The notes below the pieces were generated by a model. It made no database searches, had not been told where the DNA came from, and was given only the letters and a program-made list of their open reading frames with translations. From IMG/VR virus record IMGVR_UViG_3300043438_001944, positions 1 through 64,000 of that record: a stretch of DNA of 64,000 bases; one strand, written 5' to 3'. Made by a program: the position numbers and the translations under genes. This stretch comes from an uncultured virus (IMG/VR IMGVR_UViG_3300043438_001944). Lineage: Duplodnaviria; Heunggongvirae; Uroviricota; Caudoviricetes. Below are positions 40,097-49,627 of this stretch, one piece after another; position 1 is the first letter of the stretch, and every line of letters begins with the position of its first letter.

Positions 40097-40426
40097 ATGT
40101 CTACTAATCAAAAAAATGCCGAACCTTTTAAGTCATTAGAACTGAAGGGTAAGTACAATGACTTTACCGATTTTTATGATGAAAATAAAAGAATTATCTA
40201 CGAATCAATATTTGATGTTTTTAAGGAATTTAGAAACACAAAAAAAAAGAAGTTAACCTTATTTGTTTCAGCTAAAATAAGAGGACTTGAATGGGATACA
40301 GAATTTAACTTTCATAAGGAAGAATCTGTCGTTTTAAAAAGAGATTTAATGCCATATTTTGAGGAGATTGAGGACTATGAAACTTGTAATGAAATAAATA
40401 ATCTTTATAAAGAATTGACTTTATAA
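40097..40426 (+). CDS. Hypothetical protein
   Basis: 109 aa; C-terminal FEEIEDYETC. Confidence 0.7.
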   Translation: MSTNQKNAEPFKSLELKGKYNDFTDFYDENKRIIYESIFDVFKEFRNTKKKKLTLFVSAKIRGLEWDTEFNFHKEESVVLKRDLMPYFEEIEDYETCNEINNLYKELTL

Positions 40427-40517
40427 AAATTATTTTTTATAATTTATTTATGTATTTGGAGAGATACATGTGATTTTTTGTCAATATCCCCGTCAGTTTC
40501 TACTTTCGGGGATTTTT

Positions 40518-42077
40518 TTATAACATCATTCTTGAACCAATTAGGAAGTTACTTAAGAATGGGGAACCCGGCTGAGTGTTTCCACTTAATTTATAGTTAA
40601 AACTAAAACCAAATCGTTTGGTTAATTTATAGTCAAAAGAACTACCTAATAAGAATCCCATATGTCTATTAACTGTTGTCACCCCTGTAGAACTATTCCA
40701 AGAAATTGGTGAGAACATTGTAAAAATTTGTGGAGACACCGTTAATTTTTTTGAATACGTATATGGTTTAGTCCAAAACGCAATCGCAGAACTTGCCATA
40801 TTATAATCATATCCCTTTCCATTATTAAGGAATAAATTAATTATACCGACATTGTATCCAAATGTTCCCTTTTTAGGTGTTGGTTTAATCCAAGTATAAC
40901 CTAACAGATTCATATAGTTACCCCCAAGATATGCAAATGCGGTTCCGTATGAATGTATAGCGTCTAAGTTACCATCTTTAGTCATTGCCATTTTAGTATA
41001 CCCACCAGTTGTTACAATTGAACTTAAATCACTATTAATTGTCAATCCCCCACTAAAACTTTCATCTCCAGCCATAGATGATTTACTTATACCCGTAGAT
41101 ATTTGTACCAAATACCTATTATCTGGTGTTTGTGCCGTTGTTAAATCGGAAGATAAAAGTAATGGATTTGTTATTGATTGTTTTTTCTTTTCTTCCTCTT
41201 TTTTCTTTTTCTCTTCCTCTTTCTTTTTTTCCTCTTCTTTCTTACTTTCTTCTTTTTTTTCTTCACTCTTACTTTCTGATTTTTTCTCTTCAGTTTTTGT
41301 CTCTTCTTTCTTTTCTTCGGTTTTAGTTTCCGTTTTCTTTTCTTCTGTCTTACTCTCAGTCTTACTTTCAGTTTTTGATTCTGTTTTAGTTTCCGTTTTA
41401 CTTTCTGATGATGAACTACTGCTAGATGATGAACTACTGTTAGATGATCCACCGCTAGATGATGAACTACCACCACTTGCCGGTGGTGGTGACGAACTAC
41501 TACTTGATGGTGGTGGGGTACTTACAGGTGGTGGTGTTGATACACTACTTGCCGCCGACGATGCTGCACCACTTGCAGCACCACTTGCAGACGAACTTGC
41601 CGCAGAACTTGCGGCGGATGACGCCGCACTACTTGCGGCTGAGGATGCTGAATTACTAGCGGCGGATGATGCACTAGCCGCAGCAGCGTCCGCCGCCGCT
41701 TTCGCCGCAGCATCGGCAGCAGCTTTTGCCGCCGCGTCCGCCGCCGCTCTTGCTGCAGCATCTGCCGCCGCTCTTGCTGCAGCATCTGCCGCCGCTCTTG
41801 CTGCGGCTTCTTGAGCTAATCTAACCACATCATTTTGTGGACATGGTGTTGCAAATACACTATTCACCCATATTTGAAATGCACCACTACTTATGTCGGC
41901 TAATGTTACAATTTTAGACTTACCTCTAATAACCGCAACGGTTTGATTTTGACCAAATGGGATTATAACCACATATACTTTTTGATCACACGGATCAATA
42001 TATGTTTGTGTTATGGTTTGACCAAACGACTCACTACAAAAAAATAATATTAGGAGAGATACTATTATTTTTTTCAT
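40518..42077 (-). CDS. Exported protein: signal peptide, Ala/Ser/Glu-Lys low-complexity stalk, C-terminal beta-barrel-like domain
   Basis: MKKIIVSLLILFF signal; AAADAAAR repeats; C-terminal alternating aromatic strands paralogous to 46138-47031. Confidence 0.7.
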   Translation of the reverse strand: MKKIIVSLLILFFCSESFGQTITQTYIDPCDQKVYVVIIPFGQNQTVAVIRGKSKIVTLADISSGAFQIWVNSVFATPCPQNDVVRLAQEAAARAAADAAARAAADAAARAAADAAAKAAADAAAKAAADAAAASASSAASNSASSAASSAASSAASSAASSSASGAASGAASSAASSVSTPPPVSTPPPSSSSSSPPPASGGSSSSSGGSSNSSSSSSSSSSSESKTETKTESKTESKTESKTEEKKTETKTEEKKEETKTEEKKSESKSEEKKEESKKEEEKKKEEEKKKKEEEKKKQSITNPLLLSSDLTTAQTPDNRYLVQISTGISKSSMAGDESFSGGLTINSDLSSIVTTGGYTKMAMTKDGNLDAIHSYGTAFAYLGGNYMNLLGYTWIKPTPKKGTFGYNVGIINLFLNNGKGYDYNMASSAIAFWTKPYTYSKKLTVSPQIFTMFSPISWNSSTGVTTVNRHMGFLLGSSFDYKLTKRFGFSFNYKLSGNTQPGSPFLSNFLIGSRMML

Positions 42078-42892
42078 TACTTATTATTCAATCCGATTGA
42101 AATTTGATGATATCCTCTGATTGGGTCTGTATCTAATTTTAATGTGACGAATTTGAAATCTTTTATAATACCAACTTTAAATGTGGTGAACGAAGAATTT
42201 GATTTCGGAAATGAGATACCACCTAAGTCATCTTTACCTTGCCATCTGATAACCTCATTACCAAATCCTATCATACCATGTATTCCTATTTTACCTATTC
42301 TTTTACCGGCACCAACATAGAAAGTGGATTCTTTTTTCCAATCATTTTTACTAAGTGGAAAATCAACATTGTTAATTTGACCATATGGATAATAGCTGTT
42401 TTGGTCTATTGCATAAGTCATTACATAATCCATAATGAAATATCCTTTCTTACCACCAACAGTTCCCCAATATGATACTTGTTTATTATTTGTATGTCCA
42501 AATCCAAAAGAGGTATAAACTCTTTCTTTTCTAATTGTGTCTCTTTTACCACTTTCGTATATGTGAATTACACTTCTTTGTCTCCACCCAAAATCATCAT
42601 ACCAAATGTAAGGTATTGGTTGATACCACCCCCAATTACCCCAATAATAACCAAACTGATTATTTCTATTCCAATTTTGAATACGAACTCTACCACGTTG
42701 GTCTGGTTGTAATTGTTGTGGTGAGTTATTTCTCCAACTACTTACATTATTTTGTTGTGGTACAGATGGTTGAACTCTTGTTTGAGTTGATTGTGATGAT
42801 GATGGAATACTTCCACCAGTTTGTCTCCAAGTTGATACTTGACCAAACATTAATGTCGGTGTTAACATTAAAAATAATAAGAGAGTTTTCAT
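42077..42892 (-). CDS. Exported protein with Trp-rich segment and beta-barrel-like C-terminus
   Basis: Signal MKTLLLFLMLTPTLMFG-Q; amphipathic strands. Confidence 0.65.
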   Translation of the reverse strand: MKTLLLFLMLTPTLMFGQVSTWRQTGGSIPSSSQSTQTRVQPSVPQQNNVSSWRNNSPQQLQPDQRGRVRIQNWNRNNQFGYYWGNWGWYQPIPYIWYDDFGWRQRSVIHIYESGKRDTIRKERVYTSFGFGHTNNKQVSYWGTVGGKKGYFIMDYVMTYAIDQNSYYPYGQINNVDFPLSKNDWKKESTFYVGAGKRIGKIGIHGMIGFGNEVIRWQGKDDLGGISFPKSNSSFTTFKVGIIKDFKFVTLKLDTDPIRGYHQISIGLNNK

Positions 42893-42967
42893 AAATGTGT
42901 TTTTATATAAATATTAAAAAAGGGGGTTATAACACCCCCCTTTTAAATAATTATCTAAATCTTTATG

Positions 42968-43690
42968 TTACTTGGTGAAGATTCCTTTCTTAATCATCCT
43001 ATCAAGAATGTTCGCACATGCAATGTCTAACGCCTTTTTGGTTGCAATACTAATTGTTGACTGATTGAACTTAATTGGATCAATGGTTGCGTCTGATAAT
43101 AAAGTTAATTCTCTTTTTGTTGTTGCTTCACCCAAACCTGACCCACCAAATACAACACCTGTCTCGGCATTTGTAAATCTAACCTGAAGACCAATACGAG
43201 TTACCATATTGTCTTTAATACCGTCTTTAAGGTTGATGGTTTCATCTTCTGATACTGAGTAGTCATAACACTCAATTGTTACAAAATACTCTGCCAAGTT
43301 GATTTTACCACGACCATCTAACTTATTTTCAGAAATACCTGCGGCCGATGCTTGAAATTGTTTTACCATACGGTTCTTAATTTCTGTCTTATCTTCTGTG
43401 AATTTGAATCTGTTTAAGTTTTCAAGGTATTCCATTGATATATTTGCTACACCCAAACCTACACGTTTTTCTTTCAATTCGGGGTACATCTCATACATCT
43501 CATCAGAAATACCTGCTTTTAATATTTGAATTGGAATTTGAGGACCGTCGTAGTCCATGTAAGCACTTATATCTCTTTTCTTTTCAAAGTCTGCCTTATA
43601 GTCTTCCGTTTTAGTTTTACCTATTGTTTGAGCACTAACGACAACACCGCTTAGTAAATAAACACTTAATAATATTAATAATTTTTTCAT
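42968..43690 (-). CDS. CsgG/HfaB-like exported protein
   Basis: Signal peptide; GLGVANISMEYLENLNRFKFTE...AEYFVT...IGLQVRFTNAETGVV..GSGLG pattern typical of the CsgG fold. Confidence 0.65.
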   Translation of the reverse strand: MKKLLILLSVYLLSGVVVSAQTIGKTKTEDYKADFEKKRDISAYMDYDGPQIPIQILKAGISDEMYEMYPELKEKRVGLGVANISMEYLENLNRFKFTEDKTEIKNRMVKQFQASAAGISENKLDGRGKINLAEYFVTIECYDYSVSEDETINLKDGIKDNMVTRIGLQVRFTNAETGVVFGGSGLGEATTKRELTLLSDATIDPIKFNQSTISIATKKALDIACANILDRMIKKGIFTK

Positions 43691-43695
43691 ACATT

Positions 43696-43932
43696 TTATT
43701 TTAATTCTTTTAAACAAATTCTATCTAATTCTTCGGGTCTTAATGCAAATGTTTGTTCTACGTGACCATTATTTGAAATCAAATGAACCATCCATAATCC
43801 TAATCTTTTTTTCTCTATTTGAATTCTTTGACCTGTTATAAATCCCATGTCCATTAAACGTAATCTTAAACAAGGTTTACAATTTTCACATATTTCACTT
43901 TGGGGGACATCTATAATATCATAGGATTTCAT
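43696..43932 (-). CDS. FeoA-like SH3 domain protein
   Basis: LRLRLMDMGFITGQRIQI...FALRPEELDRI, with CxxCxxC upstream. Confidence 0.75.
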   Translation of the reverse strand: MKSYDIIDVPQSEICENCKPCLRLRLMDMGFITGQRIQIEKKRLGLWMVHLISNNGHVEQTFALRPEELDRICLKELK

Positions 43933-43983
43933 GTTATTTTATTTATAAATATATAAAAAGGGGAGTTAAAAACTCCCCCTTTT

Positions 43984-44235
43984 TTAACCTTCTAATACTT
44001 CTTCTTTCTTTTTGTGAGAGAATTTATCCAAAGTGTCAGCACCCATTCCAATTCCCGTGATTAACATCACCGCATTTACCAATTCAGGTGATGGAGCAAA
44101 ATCCGCGTGAGAGAACGAATTTAAAATCATTGTAATACATAGGAATAAAGCACCTATCATTGCTATTACCGGTTTTACCGATATTGATCCTCTTTCATCT
44201 TTGAAAAGTTCAATAACCCATTGTTTAAAGTTCAT
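43984..44235 (-). CDS. Small two-TM membrane protein (holin-like)
   Basis: Two hydrophobic helices and a charged C-tail. Confidence 0.6.
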   Translation of the reverse strand: MNFKQWVIELFKDERGSISVKPVIAMIGALFLCITMILNSFSHADFAPSPELVNAVMLITGIGMGADTLDKFSHKKKEEVLEG

Positions 44236-44264
44236 AATTTTTTGTTTTTTGTCTTTTGTTTATT

Positions 44265-44894
44265 TTATCCTTCCATATGCATTTCTGCATTTTCATCTTT
44301 TATTTTACCACATTTCAAACACTCCTCAATACCGTCTCCGTCTGAATCACCCCAAACGTGTTGACATTGTCTGTGTGCGAAATACATATCAATTTTACCG
44401 TCACCATCGAAATCAATACCATCCATTGTACCATCACCGTCTTCATCAACTTCTACACCTGTTCTTGGTTGAACCGTTGGTACCTGTTCAAATGTATCGT
44501 TTACCTTTTCTATTTTTGAGTTTTCAATAGCAGTTTGAAACGCCTCAGGTATGATTGGTGTGTTGTTTGGTGGGGTATCTGGTAAATCGGAGGTACTTGA
44601 TAATGATATACCATCTTCCTCATCCATCTTTTGAACTAACATCTTATCCTTATCAGTATCACTAAACCAATAGTCAATGATTTTACCATAAGAACCAATG
44701 AATGCTCCTAATAACAATAATAGAAGTTCTTTCCACTCTCCTTCTATTGCTGATTTATTTAATATAGCGAAGAACATTCCTCCTATTATAAACATAAATC
44801 CACCCAAAACTAATGCGGTGATGTACCATCTTCTGGCCATCATATTACTTAATAAATCTTTAAAACCACTTGGGGGTTGATTATTTTCTGCCAT
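44265..44894 (-). CDS. Two-TM membrane protein with DxDxDG Ca-binding-like repeats and a C/H cluster
   Basis: DEDGDG, DFDGDG, DSDGDG; CQH...CLKC. Confidence 0.7.
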   Translation of the reverse strand: MAENNQPPSGFKDLLSNMMARRWYITALVLGGFMFIIGGMFFAILNKSAIEGEWKELLLLLLGAFIGSYGKIIDYWFSDTDKDKMLVQKMDEEDGISLSSTSDLPDTPPNNTPIIPEAFQTAIENSKIEKVNDTFEQVPTVQPRTGVEVDEDGDGTMDGIDFDGDGKIDMYFAHRQCQHVWGDSDGDGIEECLKCGKIKDENAEMHMEG

Positions 44895-44917
44895 TTTACT
44901 TATTTTCTTTTTTTAAT

Positions 44918-45076
44918 TTATGGTCTATTCCATGACCATCCTTTTTTTCTACCTCTTATTATTAAATAACTACAACCTCCAATAAAAAATGTTAAAAACA
45001 TCGATTGAGAATCAAATACAAACATAGCTATCATACATAATACGATTACAACTATAAAACTTAATCCCTGTTCCAT
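44918..45076 (-). CDS. Small membrane protein (52 aa) not in the ORF track
   Basis: MEQGLSFIVVIVLCMIAMFVFDSQSMFLTFFIGGCSYLIIRGRKKGWSWNRP fills the operon gap. Confidence 0.6.
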   Translation of the reverse strand: MEQGLSFIVVIVLCMIAMFVFDSQSMFLTFFIGGCSYLIIRGRKKGWSWNRP

Positions 45077-45085
45077 TTTAAATTT

Positions 45086-45394
45086 TTACCACTTAGGGGC
45101 CTCTTCCTTAAACTCATCACCTTCTTTTTTCTTAGGTTTTGCAACCGGTTGTGCTGGTGTTGACTTTTCTTTAATGATAACAGTTTTACCACCACCCGCA
45201 GATTGTTGTTGAGTTTGATTAGTTGTAATGTTAATTACAGGTGCAGCTTGTACTGGTGCCGGTTCAGCTTTGTCACCACCTAAAAGTGTTGATAACCATA
45301 CTCCACCCGCAGTTACTAATGTTCCTGCAACCCCAATTATTGTCTTTTTTAATCCTGACCAAGTTCCTTCTGATTGTTCTACTTCTTCTGACAT
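45086..45394 (-). CDS. Single-TM membrane protein
   Basis: IIGVAGTLVTAGGVWLSTLLG followed by a low-complexity tail. Confidence 0.7.
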   Translation of the reverse strand: MSEEVEQSEGTWSGLKKTIIGVAGTLVTAGGVWLSTLLGGDKAEPAPVQAAPVINITTNQTQQQSAGGGKTVIIKEKSTPAQPVAKPKKKEGDEFKEEAPKW

Positions 45395-45413
45395 TTTATT
45401 TGTTTTTAATTTT

Positions 45414-45785
45414 TTAGTTTATTTTATTGAAATCTGTAATTCCTAATTGTTTATTATTAGAATCGAATAACCCTATTCTGTATGCTGATGATGGTAATGC
45501 GTTAGTGTATACTTTTAAAAGGTTATCACCGGCAATTACATTCATTGTTTCTTTAGACACTACCCTATTTGAAATGTCGAATATCTTAACCGTTACCGAA
45601 CCCGCGGTTTCAGTTTTAACGTTCATTGCCACTTCTGAAGTGACAAATGCTGATTGTAATTTAATACCAATAGAACTTGTCATTTTAAGATCTTCCGATA
45701 CTGATTGAGGTGTTGGTAAAATGTCATCTTTGTAACATCCTGTTAAAATTGTGGATAATAACACCATTGAGAGAATTTTTTTCAT
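45414..45785 (-). CDS. Lipoprotein with T9SS C-terminal-sorting-domain-like fold
   Basis: Lipobox LTGC-YKDD; VTVKIFDISNRVV...GDN..KVYTNALPSSAY.I. Confidence 0.6.
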   Translation of the reverse strand: MKKILSMVLLSTILTGCYKDDILPTPQSVSEDLKMTSSIGIKLQSAFVTSEVAMNVKTETAGSVTVKIFDISNRVVSKETMNVIAGDNLLKVYTNALPSSAYRIGLFDSNNKQLGITDFNKIN

Positions 45786-45796
45786 TTTTGTCATTT

Positions 45797-46138
45797 TTAA
45801 TTTACTATTATTTTTGTTTTTTTCAATTCATTTCTATCCACACTTTCAAGTACCAAATATAAATATCCTTTAGGTAGGGAATTGGTATAAATCTTCTTGA
45901 CATTTTCACCATTTTGTCCAATAAACTTTTCTCTACTTATAATTTGATTTGTTGTAACATCTATTAAAGTTAACATGTAGGTACCTTCAGACGGTAAGTC
46001 AAAATATATTGATTGACCATTTGTAACTTTACTTTCATCCACATTGAATATTTTTTCAACAGTCATAATTGGGGTTGGTAATTCAGGTTTAGTACACCCC
46101 ACCAATAAAATCAACGATATTAATATTATCTTTTTCAT
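45797..46138 (-). CDS. Lipoprotein with T9SS C-terminal-sorting-domain-like fold (paralog)
   Basis: Lipobox LVGC; YMLTLIDV...GEN..KIYTNSLPKGYLYL.L...KTKIIVN. Confidence 0.6.
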   Translation of the reverse strand: MKKIILISLILLVGCTKPELPTPIMTVEKIFNVDESKVTNGQSIYFDLPSEGTYMLTLIDVTTNQIISREKFIGQNGENVKKIYTNSLPKGYLYLVLESVDRNELKKTKIIVN

Positions 46139-47031
46139 TAAAATTGAAAGTTTGTTCCTATCATGAATAGAATTGGGTTACTCTTTTTATATCCAACCGA
46201 TTCACTTAATTTATCCCAAGTTGTGTTATACCTAATATTGGTATTCAATACAAATCTTTTAGTTATTTTCCAATCAATAGATGTACCATAATATAAGTCC
46301 AAATTGAAATCCTTTAAATATGCCAAATCGGATTCAGTACCATCTTTAAATACTTTGTAGATATCACTCATTGCAAATATTTGTGGTGAGACGTTTACTC
46401 TCTTTGTTTTCAATGTATAGGTGTACATCACCATACCTCTATAACTTATTTCACTTGATGCCGGCACCATTGGATATATTAAATCTTTAAAATCACCATT
46501 TTCATCTACCGTATATTTTCCTTCCCATTGACCTTCATATGTTCCCCAAAAAGATTTTGATGTAATTAAACTATATCCAAATGTTCCAAACTTTTTAGTT
46601 CTGAATACATCTATGAATGATAGTGTAATATCTTTTTGGAAATCAAAATCGGTTGAATAAAATGATTGTAATGTAGTAGTTCTCTTATTCGTATTTCTAT
46701 TGAAACCATATCCTACTCCATAATATTTCCATATAGGGTTTATTGACGCTGCGAATGTGTGTCCCCATTGACCATTCATAGATGATTTATTGTAACCCAA
46801 ATTAATAGTAGTTGATACTTGTCTACCAATTATACCAACTGAAAGATTTGATGATGATAGAACATCTTTTGAAAAATTAATATAAGATTGTAATATACCC
46901 ACATCGTTCCAATCATCACTTTCTCCAAATAATTCTTTTGGTGATAATTGTAATGTATCAGGTTTTACGATTTGTGCGTTTACAACAAACCCAATTAAAA
47001 CTAACGATATGGTTAATAATAGTTTTTTCAT
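46138..47031 (-). CDS. Outer-membrane beta-barrel-like protein
   Basis: Signal VNA-Q; amphipathic strands; terminal FMIGTNFQF beta-signal. Confidence 0.7.
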   Translation of the reverse strand: MKKLLLTISLVLIGFVVNAQIVKPDTLQLSPKELFGESDDWNDVGILQSYINFSKDVLSSSNLSVGIIGRQVSTTINLGYNKSSMNGQWGHTFAASINPIWKYYGVGYGFNRNTNKRTTTLQSFYSTDFDFQKDITLSFIDVFRTKKFGTFGYSLITSKSFWGTYEGQWEGKYTVDENGDFKDLIYPMVPASSEISYRGMVMYTYTLKTKRVNVSPQIFAMSDIYKVFKDGTESDLAYLKDFNLDLYYGTSIDWKITKRFVLNTNIRYNTTWDKLSESVGYKKSNPILFMIGTNFQF

Positions 47032-47327
47032 TTATATAATAAATCTAATATTTTACTTTTGAATTCTCTGTAAAAAACTGATTCGATGCTCCACCTCATA
47101 AGTTCGTCTTTTCTTATCCTATATCTATATCCGTCAAATATAAATTTTTCAGTCTCAATATCATCTATTAGATAAGCCACTTCCATATCTACTTCTTCTT
47201 CTTCTCTTCTATATTGATTATACCAACTACTAGGAACTTGAATAAAACACTTAACATTTACAATTTTATATTTACCTGTGTGAGAGATAAAATTCTTCAT
47301 CTCATTATATTCAAATGATATATTCAT
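47028..47327 (-). CDS. Hypothetical cytoplasmic protein
   Basis: 99 aa with no signal peptide, inserted in the cluster. Confidence 0.6.
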   Translation of the reverse strand: MNISFEYNEMKNFISHTGKYKIVNVKCFIQVPSSWYNQYRREEEEVDMEVAYLIDDIETEKFIFDGYRYRIRKDELMRWSIESVFYREFKSKILDLLYK

Positions 47328-47332
47328 AATTT

Positions 47333-49624
47333 TTAATTTATTTTTATTTTTAATTGTGTTCCATTCTTATTGACAGCATCGGTTGTTGATATTGAAGTTA
47401 AACCCAAAGTACCACTCAATCCTATTAATGGTAAAAATGTTATTTTATATTCTGTTGTTTTATCCAATAATGTTGAACCATCAGTAATCAATGAACCTAA
47501 TGTTATTGATGAACCTCTATTAGTTCCAAAATTGGTAGGAGTTCCATTTGTGGTGAATTCTACCTTTTCAAACTTTAATGCTGTATTATCGTAGTTTAAA
47601 TTGAATTGAGTACCAACCAACTCTTGTTGTAAAGGGTCTACCGAAATCGTTACTACTAATTTACCACCAATGTTTTCACCCATTAGATATGCGTTGATTT
47701 GATTGGAAACTGAATTAGTACCCAAACTCATAGTTCTAATAGAATTACTAGCAACACCACTTGTACTTTGTTGTGCTGAATGAGATAGGTTTACATCACC
47801 AAGCCAAGTAACATTAACATTGTATGTGTTATTAAGTGTACCCGTATTTAAACTAAACGGATATAAACTTCTTGTTGAATTAAATTTGGTATTCCAATTA
47901 GATTTAGTAATCCCATCATAATCTGATTTACTATAAAGTTTCATCAGAAAAGTTAATAGTGGATTTTGTGTAAGTGGTTGAACTCCTGTCAAATGTTGTA
48001 ATAGTTTGTATGTATCCGCTTCGTTGAATACACCATTACCATCTACATCCGCGTTCAAAAATTGAATACCATTTGTAAATTCTAATCCGCTTTGATTTCC
48101 GAATATCCCACCATTTGATAATTCTTTAAATGCTAAAAACACATCTGATACGGTTACAACACTATTGTATAAAGTGTTTAAATCCGTTTGATTGATGTAT
48201 GTTAACTCAATCCCATGTTGTTTATATGACATTATTGGTGAGAAAGTAAATTCCGCTCTTGTTCCATACCAACCATCTTGTAATCTTAATTGTGCCTGAA
48301 ATGTAGATGATGTTATCTTAGTTGTCAAATTACCCGGCATTATATAAGTTTTCCAAAACCCACTTACACTATGAATACTAACCGGTCCATCGTATATATC
48401 AAATAATTTAACTGATGTTATATCACTTGGAGATACTCCTGTTCCATCAAATTCTCTTTCGTCTATTAACAATTGATGACCACCTAAATTTGCGTCATAT
48501 GGATTTATTATTGCCCATTCAACTTGTCCTGCCGTTGTTGATGCTTTAGTACCAACACCACTTACTTTTGCGGTGTCTAAATCATTTGTTAAATCAACTT
48601 TACCTAAACCACTTATGGCTCTTGATGTATTAGTTGTTGTACTCCATAGATTATTTACATATCTGTTCGCCTTTGCTGAAAATTTAGTTTCATCTACATT
48701 ACCACCAAAGTCAAAATTAAATCTAGTGGTTAATACTTCTCCATTTGAGTGGGTTACTGAATTGGTATAAAACTCCGTAAATGTTGCATCATCAGGGTTA
48801 GACCAAGTTCCATATTCAATTACATACGGATTTGAAAAATGGTTTGGTAAATCATTCCATTGAGAACCACCACCCCATTTAGTTACTGCGTAATCTTCAT
48901 TACCACTATCATTTGGTTCACCGGATGCCCAGTTATTATATTGACCAACCATGTTTCCATTTAATTGGCCATTATTTATTTTAATTAAAGTTCCTTTTTC
49001 AGGTCCTGCATCTATTGTCCATCTTGCTTCACTTACTTCATCCGTTAATGCAAACCAAATATTACCTTGTGGTACATTATTGAAAATAAAAGCATCTTCA
49101 TCTGCCGAAGTGATTGTTACCAAATATCCAGTTTGACCTTTGAATGTTGTTAATAGAGATGCTGCTCTCGCTCCGGTGTAAGTTGCCGTTGTTGTTATTG
49201 GTCTATAAAAGTGTCCGTTTACACCATTGTAATAGTATCCCGTTGGGTTTACAGTTGCCGCTACTGATAATGCAATATTACCTCTTACCGAACCTGTATT
49301 TACTTTTAAGGATGTCAATGCGGTATTAATGTTTGCCATTGTTCCTGTAACCACTAAACGAGTTTTGTTACCACTTAAAGTAAATCCACTTGCGGCTGTT
49401 AATCCTGTTGTAGTGTTTAATACAAATGTTGTCCCTGATGGAGGATTAACTAAACTGATTGACGCTAACAGTGTGGCTGTTGAATTAAACCCATTTAAAA
49501 CAAATCCACTAGCATCTTGTGCACTAGTGGATTGTAAAAAAGACTTAGAGTCCGGAGCGGACACACTCTGTCCGAACCCTAAGAATGATGTAAATAAAAA
49601 TAATATTAAAAATAATTTCTTCAT
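47333..49624 (-). CDS. Exported protein: C-type lectin + dockerin-like + C-terminal cohesin-like domains
   Basis: GYLVTITSADED...YNNWASGEPND...WNDL; ADVDGNGVFNEADTYKLLQHL; VGTQFNLNYDNTALKF. Confidence 0.75.
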   Translation of the reverse strand: MKKLFLILFLFTSFLGFGQSVSAPDSKSFLQSTSAQDASGFVLNGFNSTATLLASISLVNPPSGTTFVLNTTTGLTAASGFTLSGNKTRLVVTGTMANINTALTSLKVNTGSVRGNIALSVAATVNPTGYYYNGVNGHFYRPITTTATYTGARAASLLTTFKGQTGYLVTITSADEDAFIFNNVPQGNIWFALTDEVSEARWTIDAGPEKGTLIKINNGQLNGNMVGQYNNWASGEPNDSGNEDYAVTKWGGGSQWNDLPNHFSNPYVIEYGTWSNPDDATFTEFYTNSVTHSNGEVLTTRFNFDFGGNVDETKFSAKANRYVNNLWSTTTNTSRAISGLGKVDLTNDLDTAKVSGVGTKASTTAGQVEWAIINPYDANLGGHQLLIDEREFDGTGVSPSDITSVKLFDIYDGPVSIHSVSGFWKTYIMPGNLTTKITSSTFQAQLRLQDGWYGTRAEFTFSPIMSYKQHGIELTYINQTDLNTLYNSVVTVSDVFLAFKELSNGGIFGNQSGLEFTNGIQFLNADVDGNGVFNEADTYKLLQHLTGVQPLTQNPLLTFLMKLYSKSDYDGITKSNWNTKFNSTRSLYPFSLNTGTLNNTYNVNVTWLGDVNLSHSAQQSTSGVASNSIRTMSLGTNSVSNQINAYLMGENIGGKLVVTISVDPLQQELVGTQFNLNYDNTALKFEKVEFTTNGTPTNFGTNRGSSITLGSLITDGSTLLDKTTEYKITFLPLIGLSGTLGLTSISTTDAVNKNGTQLKIKIN

Positions 49625-49627
49625 ATA

